Origin: a virus
DNA length: 64,000 bases
IMG/VR virus record: IMGVR_UViG_3300045391_006990
Coordinates: 32,001-96,000 of that record
Reading direction: 5' to 3' (one strand)
Shown: positions 27,367-36,955 of the stretch, piece by piece
Position numbering within the stretch: position 1 is the first letter of the stretch
Layout: the number at the start of each line of letters is the position of its first letter
Made by a program: the position numbers and the translations under genes
Notes under the pieces: generated by a model
Told to the model about the DNA's origin: nothing
Databases searched by the model: none
What the model saw: the letters and a program-made list of their open reading frames with translations, nothing else

Positions 27367-27779
27367 TGCTCACCCTGTCACCCAAGCACGGAGTGAATCC
27401 GTCTGTCGGCCTTTGCTTTTTCTGCCAGAAGGCGAAAGAGGTGTTGCTGTTCGGCAGGATGAAAGGAGACGAGCAGGCACCACGTGAGGTGGTTGCCAAC
27501 ATGGAGCCTTGCGACGAGTGCGCGGGCTTGATGAAGCAAGGCATCATCCTCATCAGCGTCGACCCCGCGCAGTCCGAAGACAAGACTAATCCGTGGCGCA
27601 GTGGTGGCTGGTGCGTGGTGCGTGCCGAAGCACTCGAACGTTGGAAAGAAGCGGGCATGGACGCCGCGGTGGTGGACTCCATGCTGGATCACCGCTTCGG
27701 CTTCATCGAGGATCAGGTCTGGGATCTCATCGGTCTGCCGCGTGCTGAAGCACCGTCGACGGAAGAGGCCCCAGCCTGA
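27366..27779 (+). CDS. Phage zinc-binding protein (SPKHGVNPS..CFFC...PCDEC)
   Basis: TGATG overlap with the upstream gene; followed by a terminator. Confidence 0.6.
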   Translation: MLTLSPKHGVNPSVGLCFFCQKAKEVLLFGRMKGDEQAPREVVANMEPCDECAGLMKQGIILISVDPAQSEDKTNPWRSGGWCVVRAEALERWKEAGMDAAVVDSMLDHRFGFIEDQVWDLIGLPRAEAPSTEEAPA

Positions 27780-27785
27780 GCTCGA

Positions 27786-27817
27786 GGGAAAGGGGCCTGC
27801 GCCCTTTCTTTAGCCCC
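27786..27817 (+). terminator. Hairpin terminator with TAGCCCC tail
   Basis: GGGAAAGGG-gcctgcg-CCCTTTCTT-TAGCCCC, between convergent genes. Confidence 0.65.
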
Positions 27818-28415
27818 GCGACGTTGCCGCCAGCTTCAATCGCCGGAACTCGGCCGCGCGCTCCACGATGAGCCGCGCCTGGCTCAAGTTGAAGGGCTTG
27901 GGCAAGAAGGCGAAAGCGCCCATTTGGCGTGCCCGGTCGGCCTCCGTGTCAAAACCGGAGGTCATGACGACCTCGATGATCGGGAAGTGCTTCCGAACGT
28001 GCTCGAGCAACGTGTAGCCGTTCTTTGGCATCGAGATGTCCGCCACGACGACCTCGATCGTAGGGTCCCCTTCCAGCAGTGCAGCTGCGCCCAGACCGGA
28101 CAGCGCATGGCTTACAGCCATCCCTGCACTTTCGAAGATCCGTACGAACGCCCGGCACAGCTCCGGGTTGTCGTCCACCACCAGCACGCGTATCGGCGCC
28201 CCCTCTTTCTGGTCCATGCTTGCCCCCTTCAAATCCTCCAAAAGCCGTTTGGACGTCAGATCGTCCCGTAGCTGCCCTAGGTCCTTGCGCCAAAGCTGGC
28301 GTAGCGTCAGATCCCGCGCGTCGAGTTCCTCCCGCAAGCCCTCCCGTAGGCGCTGGGCGGTCTTTCCGGCCACAGCCTCGGCGAGCTCGAGCTCGGCCGA
28401 TCCTTCAGTTTCCAT
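27810..28415 (-). CDS. Response regulator receiver-domain protein (no output domain)
   Basis: VLVVDD, VADISMP (phospho-Asp), MTSG and LPKPF are all intact. TAAACT ends 7 nt before the ATG. Confidence 0.88.
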   Translation of the reverse strand: METEGSAELELAEAVAGKTAQRLREGLREELDARDLTLRQLWRKDLGQLRDDLTSKRLLEDLKGASMDQKEGAPIRVLVVDDNPELCRAFVRIFESAGMAVSHALSGLGAAALLEGDPTIEVVVADISMPKNGYTLLEHVRKHFPIIEVVMTSGFDTEADRARQMGAFAFLPKPFNLSQARLIVERAAEFRRLKLAATSRG

Positions 28416-28472
28416 AGTAAAAAGTTTACAAGACACCGCCGCGAAACCCCAAACCCACAGGGTTGCGGTGGG

Positions 28473-29684
28473 TTACGAGAGCGTGATGGCGCTCGACGGA
28501 TCGCCGAGAAGAATCCAGCGGGGGGTGCCGTTGGCCTTAACGTCCATCGCCTTCCATCGGTAGGTCCGCGCCGTACCTGGCGGCGTACTGGTTGCCAGCA
28601 CGCCATCGCCTCCCGTGATGCCAATGCCGGTCCAGGTATCGCCGACGTGTGTGTTGGCCACGGTCAGGACGAACTCCTGCCCAATGAACAGGATGTTCGG
28701 CAACGTGATGCTTGGGGCACCGCTGTTGACGTAGAAGCTCTGCGCTCGGTAACCCGTTGCGCAAGTGAGAACCGACGTAGAGACACTGGAAGCAATTGGG
28801 TTGGAGAGGGTGAGCTCCGACCCCAACGCCAAATACCCGACACCGACCATGGTGTACGGATTGACGACGTCGAACTGGCTGCCCCTCTCCGTAATCAGCA
28901 CGCCGCTTGTTGCAGCAATACAGGCACCACTACTGAAAGCACCTCTGAAAAGGTTGTCATTCAGCTGGTGACCGCCCGTGGAGTTGAGATTGATGATGTT
29001 GGCGCTGCCGCCGTGTGCCGTTACATCGAAGAAGTTGTTGTTGGCGTACAGAGCCCCCTGATCGATGTCGACGAGGTTGTGCGTGAACACGGACGGCATG
29101 GTCAAGGTGCTGTGGGACAGACGCAGCGCAGACGACGCAGCTAAGCTGAGGAGCAGGTCAGCATCGCCTTTGGCGCGTAGGTAGCAACGTTCGAACACGA
29201 AGTCGGACCCCGTGCCCGTGTTGTTCAAGATCCTGCCATTCAGATTGTCGTCGTAGGAAGGCGCATTCCAAGAACAATTGCGGTAGTGCACACGAACGCC
29301 AGCGCTGCAGTCGATTGCGTAGCCCGTATTACCAACCAACCCACCGAAGATGATGTTCTCGACCAGCGTGTAATCGATGCGCGAGCTGCCAGAGACCCAA
29401 TCGTGATGGTTGCGCGTCGCGTGGTTGTTACGCCAAAAAGTTGCGTCTGGCACCCCATGCCAACTCACGTTGGGCTGCATGTGGATGATCTGGTCCGTGC
29501 GGTATTGCGTAGGGCCGAGAAACACCTTACCGCCGCTCACGTTGGCCATAGCGTCGTGCGCCGCCTGGAAGGCAACTGAGTCATCCACCGACGGACTGCC
29601 CTTGGCTCCGAAGTACTCGGGGGTTATCCATCCATCGCCACGAAGGCCTTTCCTGAAGCGAACGTTCCTGTTGAACTCGGTCAT
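28473..29684 (-). CDS. Pectate-lyase-like beta-helix protein (tailspike/depolymerase-like)
   Basis: ITPEYFGAKG...DDSVAFQAA N-terminus followed by Asn/Gly-rich beta-helix rungs. Confidence 0.75.
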   Translation of the reverse strand: MTEFNRNVRFRKGLRGDGWITPEYFGAKGSPSVDDSVAFQAAHDAMANVSGGKVFLGPTQYRTDQIIHMQPNVSWHGVPDATFWRNNHATRNHHDWVSGSSRIDYTLVENIIFGGLVGNTGYAIDCSAGVRVHYRNCSWNAPSYDDNLNGRILNNTGTGSDFVFERCYLRAKGDADLLLSLAASSALRLSHSTLTMPSVFTHNLVDIDQGALYANNNFFDVTAHGGSANIINLNSTGGHQLNDNLFRGAFSSGACIAATSGVLITERGSQFDVVNPYTMVGVGYLALGSELTLSNPIASSVSTSVLTCATGYRAQSFYVNSGAPSITLPNILFIGQEFVLTVANTHVGDTWTGIGITGGDGVLATSTPPGTARTYRWKAMDVKANGTPRWILLGDPSSAITLS

Positions 29685-29741
29685 AGGGCTAAGAAAAAGT
29701 CTACCACGGGCTGCCTCGTATGAAGCAGCCCGTGCCAGTCC

Positions 29742-30137
29742 CTACTTGGAGCTCCGACGCTTCAGCTCCCGCAGGCGCTCCCGCTCCGAATTGAATGATC
29801 TCGCCGACGTGCCAAAGCAGAGCACCGTCTCGTCGAACGTAGGCTCTCCGCCATTGGCCGGTGGGTTGTCTCCCGGCTGTACGCCCAGGAGCGCAGCATC
29901 GATCGCCGAGAAGTTGGGCTTGGCGCCGTTCGAGCTCACCCAGTGCACACCTTCCTTGGGCGTGTTCTTCGGACTGCGGGTGATTTCATCCAGCAGGTCA
30001 TTGAGCCGCCGTTGCTGGTCCTGCGTGATGTACGATGGGATGGCAAAGCTCACCTCGATGGCCAGCACTTCCACATCATTGTCGGCAGGATCTTCACACC
30101 TGTCGTTGAGGTCGATTTCCTTGATTTCGTAGTCCAT
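29742..30137 (-). CDS. Hypothetical protein
   Basis: GAGG SD before MDYEIK. Confidence 0.6.
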   Translation of the reverse strand: MDYEIKEIDLNDRCEDPADNDVEVLAIEVSFAIPSYITQDQQRRLNDLLDEITRSPKNTPKEGVHWVSSNGAKPNFSAIDAALLGVQPGDNPPANGGEPTFDETVLCFGTSARSFNSERERLRELKRRSSK

Positions 30138-30729
30138 GTATTTCCTCGCCTCGGCGGTGGGCCAACATTTGCAGCAGCACCGCTTGGTGAATTCTATTGG
30201 GATCGATGGTCTTGGAGATGAGGTCGTGCAGGTAGTCCTTCCCTTTACGGCCAGCACCGATGATGCCGTGGTGTTCGAGTAGCCGCACCGCACTGTCCTT
30301 CCAAAGCAGGCTCGCAACCGCCCGGGAGGTCGTGGTGGTGTTCAACTGCGGTACACGTACTTCCCGAACGGCGTGGTCTTCGTACACGTAGATGCCCCAG
30401 AACCCAGGTACGCGGCGCTTCACGCTGACCAGGTGCTTTGGCGTCACGATGACCGATAGCTGGTCCATGAGCTGCCCGTAGAGCTTCACCTGGATCTTCG
30501 ACAGGCGCTCCAGCCCATTGGTGTCGCCGTCGCTCTTGATCTCAAAGCAGCGCAGCAGGCTGTTGACCACCACGACGTCGCAACGTCCTTCCTTGGTGCC
30601 CACACGAAAGCAGAGCTCGTCGATGCGCACACTGTCTGGTTCTTGCATCACCGTGCTTTCGAGAAAGCTATGGATCGACGAGCGCATGTGCTTGTCGAGG
30701 AGATTCTTCGTCGGGCTCATGTAGGCCAT
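30094..30729 (-). CDS. sce7726-family PD-(D/E)XK nuclease-like protein
   Basis: DEL...RCDVVVVN..L..FEIKSD.D...RL..Q...Y......VIV..KH...VP.FWGI. Confidence 0.75.
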   Translation of the reverse strand: MAYMSPTKNLLDKHMRSSIHSFLESTVMQEPDSVRIDELCFRVGTKEGRCDVVVVNSLLRCFEIKSDGDTNGLERLSKIQVKLYGQLMDQLSVIVTPKHLVSVKRRVPGFWGIYVYEDHAVREVRVPQLNTTTTSRAVASLLWKDSAVRLLEHHGIIGAGRKGKDYLHDLISKTIDPNRIHQAVLLQMLAHRRGEEIHGLRNQGNRPQRQV

Positions 30730-30777
30730 GCGGCAATACTACCCGTAGATCGGGGATAAGATAGGTAGAGGTGGAAC

Positions 30778-31215
30778 ATGAAATTCCAAGAGTTTGTCGG
30801 TGCTGCGGAGGTTCATCTACGAATGGCCGGGTGGTTGATGCACGGGCACAATGGGGTGTGGCGCAAGTACAAGAAAGCAGGTGTTTCAGACGTACAACCG
30901 CTACCTGCCGCGCTCATCAAGGAACTCGAGACCGACGGCGCTTTTGAGCCGACGGTCGAGGCTTACTTGACGAACAACGGCTGGCGACGGAGCAGTAGTG
31001 GAGTATCAGGCGGGTGGCCTATGTTCAGCAAGAATGGGAAGTTCCGAAACTTGCCCATCGCAATGCTTCAACAGCTACGCGATGACCGCATAGACCGGGC
31101 TGCGGTCGTCCCTCCTACAACGCCCAGCGAGATGAAGAACCTTCTCGATGTGCGTGCTGTGCGAAATAGCCCGCCTCCAAGTGGGACCGCTGACACCGCG
31201 ATCTCGCGGAGGTAG
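30778..31215 (+). CDS. Hypothetical protein with an internal tandem duplication
   Basis: Two copies of ExxLxxxGW...W...K...LPxA[LM]xxxLxxD; GGGGATAAGA upstream. Confidence 0.65.
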   Translation: MKFQEFVGAAEVHLRMAGWLMHGHNGVWRKYKKAGVSDVQPLPAALIKELETDGAFEPTVEAYLTNNGWRRSSSGVSGGWPMFSKNGKFRNLPIAMLQQLRDDRIDRAAVVPPTTPSEMKNLLDVRAVRNSPPPSGTADTAISRR

Positions 31216-31218
31216 CGG

Positions 31219-31256
31219 TAGAGAAAAGGCCCGTCAGGACCTTTTCTCTAGCCCCC
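31219..31256 (+). terminator. Hairpin terminator with TAGCCCCC tail
   Basis: TAGAGAAAAGG...CCTTTTCTCTA-GCCCCC. Confidence 0.7.
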
Positions 31257-31271
31257 AGAGCAAGAGCTTTC

Positions 31272-34200
31272 TCACCAAGAGTGCCGTGCACAGCGTACAC
31301 AATACGAACTTGGCGATGGTGAAAGCTGCCAACGTGATCTCTTCCATGTCGAGCTGCCAGCGTAGCCCATCACTAGCAACTCGCTAGCCGACAGCTTCAA
31401 CACCTTCCTGAATTCGAACATCCAGACGGTCCACCGATTCTGCAGCTGATCGTTGAACGGCGAGGCATCCATGTGCCTCCAGATGAAGTACCAGCGTCGA
31501 ACCCACCAATGTGCACCACAGAGGCAAGAGCGCACAGCGATACCCTGCCACCAATCACTGAAGGCGACTGCTATGACGCTGCTGAGCAACAGAGTCAACG
31601 CAACTACAAGCAGCATCAGTACCTCCCTAGTTCATCCATCTGCGTTTGAAAGCGCTGGGCACGCCCGCCGTAGTACATAAGAAAAACTCGGAAGAGACGG
31701 CGCTCCCTCGCAAAGTTGAACCGAGGGATGATGGCAGGCAGGCTGATGATGATCACGGCGTTGTATCCTCCAACAACTCGACGGGAATCCAATCGGTGCC
31801 ATTGTCCTTCAACTGCACTTTGCTCTCGTTGGAGGCAGCGACAGCCGCTACTACGAAGTCCTTCTCTGTATTGTAACCGAGCTCGCGTGCCTCTTCCCTG
31901 AAGCGCACCTTCTGCCCCGTGTACAACAAAGACATGCCGGGCAGCAACGTAGGTAGGCCAACAACTGGTTTGCTACCTTCCGTAGGAGTTAGGGTCAGCT
32001 CTTCGTTCTTGTAACCTTTGAAGAACTGCACGCCGATGGATTCAACCGGCCCCGATGCCTGAAAGGTGAGGCCGCAGCCCTGACAGGCGTGATCCCTGTG
32101 CGGTTTGGTAGCAAGCCTGCCCTCGTCGACGTGCTGCAAGTGGCAACGCGGGCAAATGATGAGCAGCTCAAGTGGAGGCGTCGGCTTCTCGAGCTCGGCC
32201 TCGATGCGCTGGATGTGCGCGGTGACGTCATTCTTCATCTCCTGATCGGAGATGGTGTTACGCCAGCGCTTTGCGGCGTTGATGAGCCACACAACCTCTT
32301 CGTCACTCAGCATCGCTAGGCTTCCTTTGAGGCACCGGCGGCTGCTTCACGTGCCCGCGCGTGCGCCGCACGTCACGGATGGTGTAACCCTGATCGTGCG
32401 CCGCACGGATGCAATCATCCATGTCCTCGTACTCGGCCGACACGATGCGCGGGTTCGCAACCTCGTGGAAGTACCAACCCTGGCGCTCCCAGAAGATGTC
32501 GACTTTGACACCGGTTTTGGTCGACTCCGTTCGGAGTCGTTCCAGAAGCCCCAGCGCGTCGTCCAATACCTGCATCGCCTGCAGAACCGTCACGGGCGAA
32601 AGGTCCGGGTTGATCAGCTTGGCACGGATGCCAAAGCGAGTGATAGCGTCGCTGAGCTTCTGCGCGGCCGTCGCTTGATCGTACGTGATGTCTGTCATTC
32701 TCTTGGGCTCCAATCCTTGCAGTCGTAAACGACCACGCGCAGGTCATAGCCGTGGTCTCTCTTGAAATCGCGTACGAGCCAGACGTCACCCATCGTGGAG
32801 GCGCCGGTCACGCGGAAACGTTTGCCCTCGTAGGTACAGAAGAGCTTCCGTTCCTTGATGAAAGGTTCGAAGGATGCCTTCTGCCATGCGGGTAGCCGGA
32901 AGTGCATGAACATCCAGCGGGCGTAGGCGTCCTGTGTCGGGTCGTCGATGAAACTGTCGACGTGAACTCGCTCTACCTCGTTTAAGAGGCTCGAGATGTG
33001 CGTTTCACCCTTCATCACCGGCCGCACATATACCAGCCTTCTTCTCCACTTCGCGAGCCGCGTCCATGAGCCTGCGGTAACCAGGCCCGTTGAAAACGGA
33101 GCTCGACGCTAGTCGGCGCAAGTGGTGCGCCACCGTATGTGCGATGAGAGGCTGCACCGACGAGGTGACGTCGATCTTCTTGCCCACCACCTTCCGCACT
33201 TCGGGCCCGGCGCCGCCGAGCTTCTGAGAGACCGGTACGAAGTAGAACTTACCCGTTGTTTGGCTGAACAGGACTTGGTTCCGCTCCATCCCGAGCCACG
33301 CGCCCATTCCGCTTACGGCTTGGTCGGGGTGCGGCTGCTTCTGCTTTTGGCTTCTCCGCATTCTCTTCTTCAGGCTCAAGTCGGGCCCCGCAGAAGGGGC
33401 ACCATTTGCAGAGGCCGTAGACCGTGTTCTTGAATTCGCTCTTGAAGCCATACTTGCTCTCGTCGCCTTTCTTGGCCTTGGGGAAGTAAATGACCACCGC
33501 CGTACGCACCTGCAACCGGCCACCCTTCGGCATGAACAACTGACCGGTTTGAATGCCGATGCGCTGGTTGTCGCTAGCACGACCGCAGGCGAGCTCCATC
33601 GCCGGGCAGCAGAACTTGAACTTCTTAGACATAGAGCGGTTCCTTGTGCACTATGGCCGCGGCCAAGGCCTCATCGAAGGCCTCGAACAAGATGGTGATG
33701 ATCTCGATGCCCATGTTGGTCTCCGAGGCATTGCCGAGACCGCGGCGGTCGAGCTCATCGAAGATCTGGCGCTGCGTCATGCCGCATTTGTCGAGCGCCT
33801 CGTACATGTCGTCCTCGGTCGCATGCGGAGGCAACCGCTCACGTACCGCGTCTTCGTAAAGTTGGATGATGTCGCTGTCCTCAGGATTGTGGTTTTTCAT
33901 CAGGTGTTCCCCTCAGGCTTCTTATCCCCCAGCAGCTCGAGCAGTTTCTCCGGGGAGCTAGGAGGAAGGCCCCCAAGGGAGGCCAGTTCCCGTTGCCCCT
34001 TCTCCCAGGCGCGCGCGGCTGCGGCGCCCGGGTCAGGAGCTTCTACGAAAGCGATGACGCCTGGTGTGGAATCGAGCGCGATGAGCTCGAAGCACCATTC
34101 CATGGGCTCGACTTTGAACGTGTACTTCGCACCGTCTTTGTCGATGCGCACCGCGAACATCGCGGGCCTTGTCGGTGCACGTGGCTCGAAGCCAGGGCAG

Positions 34201-34283
34201 TCGGTGCAACCTTCAGCAAGACACGGCCTGTTACGCAGCGTGAAATGCGACCCCTCCTCATGGACGCAGTGCTTACATAGCAA
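31272..34283 (-). other. Run of small overlapping hypothetical genes (about 31272-31616, 31753-32313, 32303-32698, 32695-33027, 33005-33361, 33249-33632, 33625-33900, 33900-34283), several with CxxC motifs
   Basis: Head-to-tail ORFs with start/stop overlaps. GGGGATAAGA at 33920-33929 (minus strand). Confidence 0.6.
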
Positions 34284-34986
34284 TGTCGGCTCCCCACTCG
34301 AAGTACTCGTTGGCGCGATGAATGGCCGCGTATTCCTCCGGCAGCAACCGCCGCTGGATGGGGTAGGTATGGCCGTACACGATCAGGCTGTTCCACTTGG
34401 CGGGAACGAGAGCGAGCACCTCACGCTGGCTCAAGTACTGAAACATCTCGACGCTGCCGCAAGCAGTACCGTCGAAGTTCGAACCCAAGTAGATGATGGT
34501 ACGCGCCCCACGGAGCAGGTCGACAATGCGGCGCTGCCCGTGAACCTCCGGCCAGGACACGAAGGCCACATCGATGAAGTGGCCGTGGCGTGCGTACTCC
34601 TCGAAGTACTCACCCACGAGTGTGATGCTCGGGTGCGGAGTAAAGACCATGTGGTGGCTGTACATCTTGTCGATGGCAGTCACCGTATGCGCGCCCAGCT
34701 CCTGCAGCTTCTTGGCCAGCGCCAGCTGCCCTGCCCCGATGTCGTGGACGTTGTAGCCCATCACGAACCTGCGGAGCACCGCTTCTTGTTCGTCGTTGAG
34801 CTTCCCGTGGGAGATGAAGTTCATGAGAGTACCGTCTGGGTTGTACATAGGCATGAAGCCGTAGCACCAGCAAGGGTTGTCGGGATCGTGCGCGTAGGCA
34901 CAGGCATCGTTGCGAAGGAGAGTCTTGGCGGTATGGTCGACGCGCAGGTCGCCACACACGCAGCGATCAATTTGCGACTGTGACAA
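34273..34986 (-). CDS. Class I SAM-dependent methyltransferase-like protein
   Basis: VHDIGAG (motif I), TAID and FVSWP. Start uncertain. Confidence 0.55.
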   Translation of the reverse strand: MSQSQIDRCVCGDLRVDHTAKTLLRNDACAYAHDPDNPCWCYGFMPMYNPDGTLMNFISHGKLNDEQEAVLRRFVMGYNVHDIGAGQLALAKKLQELGAHTVTAIDKMYSHHMVFTPHPSITLVGEYFEEYARHGHFIDVAFVSWPEVHGQRRIVDLLRGARTIIYLGSNFDGTACGSVEMFQYLSQREVLALVPAKWNSLIVYGHTYPIQRRLLPEEYAAIHRANEYFEWGADIAM

Positions 34987-35006
34987 TGTACGGTAGCCTT
35001 TTCTTC

Positions 35007-35144
35007 ATGAAGGAATATCTCTCCAAGGCCTGGCCCGTTCTTCTCTTCGGGCTCGTCATCATCGTCGGGTTGGAGATGGCGGTAACAGCCCACCAGTGCG
35101 CGTACACCGGTGGGCATTGGTATGTGTTCTGGTGCTCGCCGTAG
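35007..35144 (+). CDS. Small single-TM protein, 45 aa, leaderless
   Basis: MKEYLSKAWPVLLFGLVIIVGLEM...C...GG.W...C; TAGCCT ends 7 nt before the ATG. Confidence 0.5.
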   Translation: MKEYLSKAWPVLLFGLVIIVGLEMAVTAHQCAYTGGHWYVFWCSP

Positions 35145-35146
35145 CT

Positions 35147-36955
35147 TCAGCCTTCCGGAACCTTGGCATCCACGCCCTCTTTCACTTTGTAGTTTCGTAA
35201 CAGCACGCGCCCTTCTTCGGGCCCCTTCCAGAAGCCTTCGATACGAATCTGCTTGCGGAGCGAGCGACCAGCACCGTGCGCTTGGTTGCGCCAATGCCCG
35301 CGCACGAAGTGCTGTACGGTCAGCGGCCCACCACCCGTACGCCTCTTGCCTTTGATGTAGTCGAGCAGGTGCTGCCGCAGGTCGATTTGCACCGGCGCGC
35401 TGAGCATGAAGCGGCTCACCGAGAAGTCGGGTACATCTGACTCGCGCTTCGGTTTCTTCGTGTTGGCTGCTTTGTCCTTGAACGACTGCCGCTTGTACTC
35501 ATCGGGATTCGACAAGGCCAAGCAGGCGCCCTTCACGAGCAACCTCATCGCGTGGATGATGGCCACGGCCGCAGGCTCGGCCTGGACCTTCTTGTCACCC
35601 AGCAGCGCTGCGAACAGCTCCTCACTGAGCGGGCCTTGAATCTCGCCGTCGCCGCCCACCAAGAACTCGATGTCCGTACCACGCACCCACATGCGCGTGT
35701 ACGTCACCGCACCCTCAGGCTCACCGAACAAACCCGGCGGGATCACGAGGCTCCAGGCTTTCCATGGCGCCAGCACTTCGATGTCGTCTGGTACGTCGGT
35801 GAGAGCCAACGTGGCGGCGAGCTTGTGCCCAACCTCCAGCTTGGGAAAGCCAGCAGCGAGCCAGTCGTGGCCAAAGTCCTGCAGCTGGCCGGAGAACGGC
35901 TTCCCGCGCAGTACGCCGTTCATCTTCTCGAGCAGCTTTCGCACCTCTGGCGTCTTGTGCGAGTAGTAGCCGATGAGCGAACTGATGAGCTCGTTCACGC
36001 GCGTCGGCTCGAGGTCTGTGGCGAAGGAGTAGACCGGGTCGAACACGTAGGCTGCCGCCATCAGCAGCACCTCGACGTTCGTTGCGCTGGCACCGCCTGG
36101 AGGCACCGGCGCCTTGCGCGCTCGCTGCCGAACCTCTTCCCACTTCGTGTTGAAGCCCGGCAATAGCTTGGTGAGCTCGGCGTCCAGCCTGTCTCGCTCC
36201 TCCTCGTCACGAGCGAGCGTGTCGCGTAGTTCGATGAGGTCTTCGTTCTCGCGATGTATCTGCTCGAGTATCTCTTTGGCCTGAGCCGGTGGGTAGCCGT
36301 CTAATGCCTTGAGCAGCTGCTTCGATACATCGGAAATCCGCTCTCTGTCGTCGCCAAGCTTCGCACGCTCAGCACGTATCTGCGCCAGCCGATCGACGAT
36401 GGAGGACTCCTCCTTCTTGAGGTCCGCCATGCCCTGCTCCGGTGTCCTGTCGCCCAGCCACTTCTTCAGATTGTACGTGCCGTTCAGAAGAGGCCTGTCC
36501 GCCAGCAAGTGGCCTCCGATGGATTCAAGCAGCGGGCTGCGTCCGTGAAGGCGAAGACGGCTGCCTGTGCCCGCGTCTTGTGCGTCGAGATGGATCTGCA
36601 ACGTACCGTTGTGGCCCCTAGCCATGAACAGCACCCGCACGGCTCCGCTGGGCGTCGGCGCCAAGCAGCGGGCGATAAGGCTCTCACGCGGTACCTCAGG
36701 CAGCGCCGGTTCGCCAGCTACATTGCTTGCACCGATGTCGGCCAAGAACTTCCGTAGCTCGCTCTTTGCGACAACGGAGTAGTGCATCGACTGCGGTGGT
36801 AGCCCGAGCACCACCACCGAGTCCTGCATGCTTTCGTGCGTCTCACCTTTCGCCCGCAGCTGAATCGCGATCTCCCGCGACGCAGCGGTCAGTCTATCCA
36901 TCAACTCTGGCGGAAGGTCGATCTCCGAGTCGTTGCGGAACAACGTCTCACTCAC
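35147..36955 (-). CDS. Large hypothetical protein with a coiled coil and a C-terminal HxVRGHWR motif
   Basis: QHFVRGHWRNQAHG...IEGFWKGP; GTGA overlap start. Confidence 0.7.
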   Translation of the reverse strand: MSETLFRNDSEIDLPPELMDRLTAASREIAIQLRAKGETHESMQDSVVVLGLPPQSMHYSVVAKSELRKFLADIGASNVAGEPALPEVPRESLIARCLAPTPSGAVRVLFMARGHNGTLQIHLDAQDAGTGSRLRLHGRSPLLESIGGHLLADRPLLNGTYNLKKWLGDRTPEQGMADLKKEESSIVDRLAQIRAERAKLGDDRERISDVSKQLLKALDGYPPAQAKEILEQIHRENEDLIELRDTLARDEEERDRLDAELTKLLPGFNTKWEEVRQRARKAPVPPGGASATNVEVLLMAAAYVFDPVYSFATDLEPTRVNELISSLIGYYSHKTPEVRKLLEKMNGVLRGKPFSGQLQDFGHDWLAAGFPKLEVGHKLAATLALTDVPDDIEVLAPWKAWSLVIPPGLFGEPEGAVTYTRMWVRGTDIEFLVGGDGEIQGPLSEELFAALLGDKKVQAEPAAVAIIHAMRLLVKGACLALSNPDEYKRQSFKDKAANTKKPKRESDVPDFSVSRFMLSAPVQIDLRQHLLDYIKGKRRTGGGPLTVQHFVRGHWRNQAHGAGRSLRKQIRIEGFWKGPEEGRVLLRNYKVKEGVDAKVPEG

